Shown here in pieces: positions 39,044-42,443 of a stretch of 42,443 bases of DNA; position 1 is the stretch's first letter, and each line of letters begins with the position of its first letter. The stretch comes from a virus. The stretch is from IMG/VR virus record IMGVR_UViG_3300045988_096068, positions 1 to 42,443 of that record. One strand, given 5' to 3'. A program made the translations under genes and the position numbers. The notes under the pieces were generated by a model. That model searched no databases, had not been told where the DNA came from, and saw only the letters and a list, made by a program, of their open reading frames with translations.

Positions 39044-39877
39044 ATGGCAGACTACGACATCAACCACATTACGAAACTGGGCCACCTCCAGAAGCTCGCT
39101 CAGAAGGAAAATCAGAAAGCCAACGCTCTCGCGACCCGCTTGGACGCGCTGGAAAGGGTCGGCGCACAGGCCAACAAGATCGAGAGCATCAAGGTGAACG
39201 GCACCGCCCAGACCATTGCATCCGATAAGAGCGTCAACATCACGGTTCCCACCAAGACCAGCCAGCTGGCCAACGACAGCACCTTCCAGACCAGCGCACA
39301 GGTGGTGGCTGCTATTAACACCGCCATTTCCAAATCCGGCCACGCATCCTTCCAGAAGGTCGATGCAGTGCCGAAAGTCGATGCCGCACAGGAGAACATC
39401 CTGTATCTGGTGATGAACACCACCACCAAGCATTATGACATCTACGCTAAGATCAAGGGTGACGGCGACAGCTACACCATGGAACTGCTGGACGACACTA
39501 CCGTGGACCTGTCCGGCAAGGTGGATAAGGTGGCAGGCAAGGGTCTGTCTACCAACGACTACACCACCGCAGAAAAGACCAAGCTTGCCGGAATCGCAGA
39601 GGGTGCAAACAAGTACGTTCACCCGTCTCATACCGCAGCAACGATCGGTCTGTATAAGATCACCGTGGACGCACTGGGCCACGTCATCGCCGTGACCAAG
39701 GTCACCAAAGAGGACATCACCGGCCTGGGCATCCCCGGCACCAACACGACCTATGGCCTTGCATCGACCACCGCAAACGGCCTGATGTCCAAGGAAGATT
39801 ATGCAAAGCTGAACGGCATGGTGCTTGCGACCGATACCGAGGTTGATGCCATGCTGACCGAGGTGTTCGGGTCTTAA
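39044..39877 (+). CDS. Tail-fibre-like protein (277 aa)
   Basis: N-terminal coiled coil, a KGLSTNDYTTAEKTKLAGIAEGAN fibre repeat motif, and the C-terminus ATDTEVDAMLTEVFGS. Confidence 0.65.
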   Translation: MADYDINHITKLGHLQKLAQKENQKANALATRLDALERVGAQANKIESIKVNGTAQTIASDKSVNITVPTKTSQLANDSTFQTSAQVVAAINTAISKSGHASFQKVDAVPKVDAAQENILYLVMNTTTKHYDIYAKIKGDGDSYTMELLDDTTVDLSGKVDKVAGKGLSTNDYTTAEKTKLAGIAEGANKYVHPSHTAATIGLYKITVDALGHVIAVTKVTKEDITGLGIPGTNTTYGLASTTANGLMSKEDYAKLNGMVLATDTEVDAMLTEVFGS

Positions 39878-39892
39878 CGGAAGGAGCAGCAC

Positions 39893-40156
39893 ATGGCAAG
39901 TACAAAACTCCCCTCGCTGGAACAGCTGAAACGCTCGTTGTCTGCTTGTCAAGGAAAAATCGCAGAAGTGCTCAGTGCTGTCAGTGATGCTCTCTCCGAG
40001 ATGGACGAGAAAACAGCGTCAAAAGAAGATCTGGACACACTGACTCAGCAGCTCATGACGGGCGAACTGCTGGTCGTGCTGACGGCATCGGATGGTTCTG
40101 TGCTTGTCACCGCAGACAGCAAGGCCCTGACCGCGAATAGAAAGATTGGAGGATAA
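39893..40156 (+). CDS. Hypothetical small coiled-coil protein (87 aa)
   Basis: ORF in the track with GGAAGGAG upstream. Confidence 0.5.
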   Translation: MASTKLPSLEQLKRSLSACQGKIAEVLSAVSDALSEMDEKTASKEDLDTLTQQLMTGELLVVLTASDGSVLVTADSKALTANRKIGG

Positions 40157-40160
40157 TTTA

Positions 40161-40667
40161 ATGGCAAATATTCCTATTACAAGTCTGCCAACTGCATCTG
40201 CACCTAGTGCAAACGACTATCTGATTTTACAAGGTACGAACACCCAGAAAATCAAGTGGTCGGCACTGGTGAACAAGCTTTACCCGGTAGGTTGCATCTA
40301 TCAGAGTACCAGCTCGACCAGCCCTGCGAGCTTTCTGGGAGGCACATGGGAACGTATTAAGGATAAGTTTATTCTGGCCGCTGGCGATACTTACGCAGCG
40401 GGGAAAACGGGCGGCGAGGCAGGACACGCATTGACTGTTGCTGAGATGCCAGCTCATAGACATGAGGGTATCGATATTGATAATCTGTACTGTTTTGGCT
40501 GGGAGAACGGAAGCCGCACTGGCGTGAATTTCAAGAAGTTTTATGGAGGAACGTATTGGGGTGATGACGTACAAAATCGGCTTGCATCTGGGTACGCCGG
40601 TGGTTCTACTGCCCACAACAACATGCCGCCCTACCTGACCGCTTACATCTGGAAGCGCATCGCCTAA
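40161..40667 (+). CDS. Tail-collar-domain fibre protein
   Basis: GGTWERIKDKF...GKTGGEAGHALTVAEMPAHRHEG...HNNMPPYLTAYIWKRI matches the phage tail collar pattern. Confidence 0.75.
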   Translation: MANIPITSLPTASAPSANDYLILQGTNTQKIKWSALVNKLYPVGCIYQSTSSTSPASFLGGTWERIKDKFILAAGDTYAAGKTGGEAGHALTVAEMPAHRHEGIDIDNLYCFGWENGSRTGVNFKKFYGGTYWGDDVQNRLASGYAGGSTAHNNMPPYLTAYIWKRIA

Positions 40668-40685
40668 CGAAAGGAGCATATAATC

Positions 40686-41066
40686 GTGAAAATCATTGAC
40701 ATCAACGGCAACCCTATGGAAAACCCCGACCTGTCTTTGGGCTGGCTGGAAGACAAGACACAGACCATCCACCACGATGCTGTGGCGGGCGTGGAGGAGG
40801 TCAGCCACTACGAGACCCTTTCCGAGTACCCAAACGGCGGCAAAGACGTGCAGAAGGTGGTGGACGTGCCCGGCGTGGAAGCAAAAGACGCCTGGGACGA
40901 AGAAGAGCAGGTGCGGGTGTACCACTTGTACACTGCTGAGGAACTGGCCGCACAGGCTGAAGCCCGCGAAAAAGCTGAACAGCAGGCCAAGCTCCCCTCC
41001 ACCGCCGAGCGTATTGCTGCATTGGAAGCGGCCATGCTGGACTTGCTGGCTGCACAGGAGGTATAA
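40686..41066 (+). CDS. XkdW-like hypothetical protein (126 aa)
   Basis: GTG start after AAAGGAG. The C-terminal coiled coil ends with LEAAMLDLLAAQEV. It lies before an XkdX-like ORF. Confidence 0.5.
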   Translation: MKIIDINGNPMENPDLSLGWLEDKTQTIHHDAVAGVEEVSHYETLSEYPNGGKDVQKVVDVPGVEAKDAWDEEEQVRVYHLYTAEELAAQAEAREKAEQQAKLPSTAERIAALEAAMLDLLAAQEV

Positions 41067-41069
41067 CGG

Positions 41070-41198
41070 ATGATCCAGTTTTATGTAACTCAAATCAAGC
41101 TGCATCAGTTTGACGGCGCTTTTACCATTGAGGATGTCCCTGCCCGCTGGCGGGCCCGCGTACAAGCTGCGCTGGACAAGGAGGCGCAGGATGGCTAA
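41070..41198 (+). CDS. XkdX-like very small protein (42 aa)
   Basis: Below the track threshold. ATG 41070, TAA 41196..41198. Its size and its position before a lysin start are typical of XkdX. Confidence 0.4.
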   Translation: MIQFYVTQIKLHQFDGAFTIEDVPARWRARVQAALDKEAQDG

Positions 41199-41328
41199 GC
41201 ACATCATGGACGTTTCCCGCTGGCAGGGCCGCATCGACTGGGGCAAGGTCAAGGCAAGCGGCCTTGTCTCCGGCGTGATGCAGAAGACAAGGCGGACGCT
41301 GAGGAAATTACACTGTAAGGAGGATATC
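41191..41328 (+). pseudogene. Remnant of a second GH25 endolysin gene (first ~30 codons only)
   Basis: MAKHIMDVSRWQGRIDWGKVKASGLVSGVM equals the N-terminus of the 37392 endolysin. The sequence then diverges into unrelated sequence that carries a new RBS. Confidence 0.8.
41212..41281 (+). repeat. 70-bp exact direct repeat, copy 2
   Basis: Identical to 37416..37485. Single mismatches flank the repeat on both sides, followed by 3 and 6 more matching nt. Confidence 0.95.
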
Positions 41329-41568
41329 ATGGCAAGCACTACATACGACCATTTTGCCAACCCCGGCAAAATGTACGCCGCACGAGAGCAATTTCGTCAC
41401 GTCACGAAAATGGTCTGTGGACGTTTTCGCGACCTCACGAAAACATACCATCTCGGTAACGTCACCGTAATGGTGCGTAACGCCGGACAGCTCCCAGAAC
41501 CGTTCTGGCTCGGTGCTGCCCGTGGCGGCGGCTCGTGTAGTGCTTCCCCCTGCGCTGCAAGGACTTGA
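41329..41568 (+). CDS. Hypothetical protein (79 aa) with a strong RBS, possibly the N-terminal part of a frameshifted regulator
   Basis: AAGGAGGA lies 5 nt before ATG 41329. The ORF overlaps the sigma-like ORF in another frame for about 55 nt. Confidence 0.45.
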   Translation: MASTTYDHFANPGKMYAAREQFRHVTKMVCGRFRDLTKTYHLGNVTVMVRNAGQLPEPFWLGAARGGGSCSASPCAART

Positions 41569-41746
41569 CCGACAGCAGATGACAGCCACTATCAAAACCG
41601 CACCGCTTGGGAGGGCTGACCGTAAGATAGCCTTACTGCGGTACGTTGAGCGGCTCCCACTGCCGGACATTGCAGCACAGACACATTACAGTCGGACGGC
41701 GGTAGGCTACCGGCTGAAAGGCATTGAAAAAATGCTGGATGTGTGA
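41513..41746 (+). CDS. Sigma-70 region-4-like / ArpU-like DNA-binding domain ORF without its own RBS
   Basis: DRKIALLRYVERLPLPDIAAQTHYSRTAVGYRLKGIEKML is a region-4-type HTH. The only start is GTG 41513, with no SD. Confidence 0.5.
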   Translation: MLPVAAARVVLPPALQGLDRQQMTATIKTAPLGRADRKIALLRYVERLPLPDIAAQTHYSRTAVGYRLKGIEKMLDV

Positions 41747-41805
41747 TATAATACTTATAGTGTCCGAAGTAGCGTACACACACTTCGGAGAAAATGTGTA
41801 CAGAG

Positions 41806-41845
41806 AGCCAGCGGAAGAACGTTTACCCGCTGGCTTTTCTTTTTG
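41806..41845 (+). terminator. Rho-independent terminator
   Basis: AGCCAGCGG / CCGCTGGCT stem followed by TTTTCTTTTT. Confidence 0.75.
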
Positions 41846-41854
41846 CGCGATTTG

Positions 41855-41863
41855 TGGTATAAT
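41855..41863 (+). promoter_or_regulatory. Extended -10 element TGGTATAAT
   Basis: TATAAT at 41858..41863 is preceded by TGG. There is no clear -35. Confidence 0.4.
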
Positions 41864-41869
41864 AACACC

Positions 41870-41967
41870 AACAAATCCACCCGGCCTCTCGAAGAAGCGC
41901 ATTAGGGTGGATGTCTGAACCCGTCAAGCCTCTCAACGATGCGTATCATGGCGGGTCTTTTTGTTTT
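41870..41967 (+). ncRNA. Candidate ~100-nt sRNA (5' hairpin plus terminator-like hairpin)
   Basis: ATCCACCC/GGGTGGAT (41875..41912), then ACCCGTC/GGCGGGT (41919..41956) followed by CTTTTTGTTTT. No ORF. Confidence 0.25.
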
Positions 41968-42056
41968 ATTCACACTAGTTTTGTCGAAGCTCTTGTCTTG
42001 CAAGTCAAAACGTGATATTTTATTTTTGCTTCCAATGTGAAGCTCTTAACAGTTAA

Positions 42057-42097
42057 GCGCTCATGCGGATTTTTCCGTGTGGGCGCTTTTCTTTTTT
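42057..42097 (+). terminator. Terminator-like hairpin in the leader of the orphan operon
   Basis: GCGCTCA / TGGGCGC stem followed by TTTTCTTTTTT, 75 nt upstream of ATG 42172 and downstream of a TTGCAA-17-TATTTT promoter-like site (41998..42026). Confidence 0.4.
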
Positions 42098-42171
42098 GTC
42101 CTTCGTTGTACCTTTGTTGTCCTTCGATTTTTGCTGATGCGGTACACTGGATGCACAAGGAGGGATGTATT

Positions 42172-42443
42172 ATGAGCTATTATCCGGCACCCGGAGCGCC
42201 CTACGTTCCGCAGCAGCCTGTCAATCCTTACGGCGGCATGGGCACGGTAGGTCTTGCCACTCCCCTGCCGAACACGCAGATGCAACAGGCACAACCGCAG
42301 CGTCCGCAGCCGATGAATGGGCAGCAGCCTGTTCAGCAGTCGGCACAGGATGGCGGCTGGCTGCTTGGCAGACCTGTTTCCAGCAGGGAGGAATTTCTGG
42401 CAATACCGTCAGACCTGTACGGAAGACCGACTTACTGCCCAGA
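42172..42443 (+). CDS. N-terminal part of the junction-spanning Pro/Gln-rich protein (continues at 120..366)
   Basis: ATG 42172 follows AAGGAGGG. The frame is open to the window end and is absent from the ORF track only because it has no in-window stop. Confidence 0.7.
   Translation, partial: MSYYPAPGAPYVPQQPVNPYGGMGTVGLATPLPNTQMQQAQPQRPQPMNGQQPVQQSAQDGGWLLGRPVSSREEFLAIPSDLYGRPTYCP
42325..42443. repeat. Terminal redundancy copy 2 (identical to 1..119)
   Basis: Direct comparison of the two ends. Confidence 0.95.

Larger units (their letters stand above)
1..42443. mobile_element. Complete temperate siphovirus-type phage genome, circularly closed contig (unique length 42,324 bp)
   Basis: Full phage module order is present: lysogeny, early/recombination, replication, partition, methylases, packaging, head, tail, lysis. 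Integrase and attP are present. The first 119 nt are repeated exactly at the window end. Confidence 0.9.

Overview
The window is one complete temperate siphovirus-type phage genome, assembled as a circle. The first 119 nt repeat exactly at the end (1..119 = 42325..42443), so the unique length is 42,324 bp, and one gene (42172 -> 366) crosses the junction. Nearly all genes are on the + strand. In order they are: a six-gene operon of unknown Gly/Cys/Pro-Gln-rich proteins (42172..2917); attP with a tRNA 3'-end-like core and arm repeats; a minus-strand lysogeny block (tyrosine integrase, two XRE-type regulators, AT-rich accessory genes); and a Cro-like early operon. Next come a recombination module (Rad52-like SSAP, NinB, SSB), a replication initiator with an internal iteron origin, ParA/ParB, a C5-methylase-like gene and two tRNAs (Met-CAT, Trp-CCA). 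A Dam-like N6-methylase follows, interrupted by 25 tandem 9-bp units. The late genes are HNH-terS-terL-portal-ClpP protease-HK97 capsid, connectors, major tail, G/GT chaperone with a CCCAAAA -1 slip site, tape measure, Dit, Tal and a BppU-type receptor-binding protein with an AT-rich metallophosphoesterase C-terminus. They end with a GH25 endolysin, XhlA-like and LC3-type holins, a second fibre cluster and a truncated second copy of the endolysin 5' end. RBS style, lysis genes and high GC suggest a high-GC Clostridia host; this is inference. The most unusual signals are: (1) CCCGGCGGG, 14 exact copies all on the + strand regardless of gene direction, confined to 3.8-18.5 kb; (2) a dispersed perfect 17-bp palindrome GTGTCCACWGTGGACAC, a candidate parS or operator; (3) the methylase repeat array; (4) the 70-bp endolysin duplication bracketing a 3.8-kb cassette; (5) the orphan Cys/Gly-rich operon next to attP. 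All coordinates and motif counts come from manual reading and need a scripted check.
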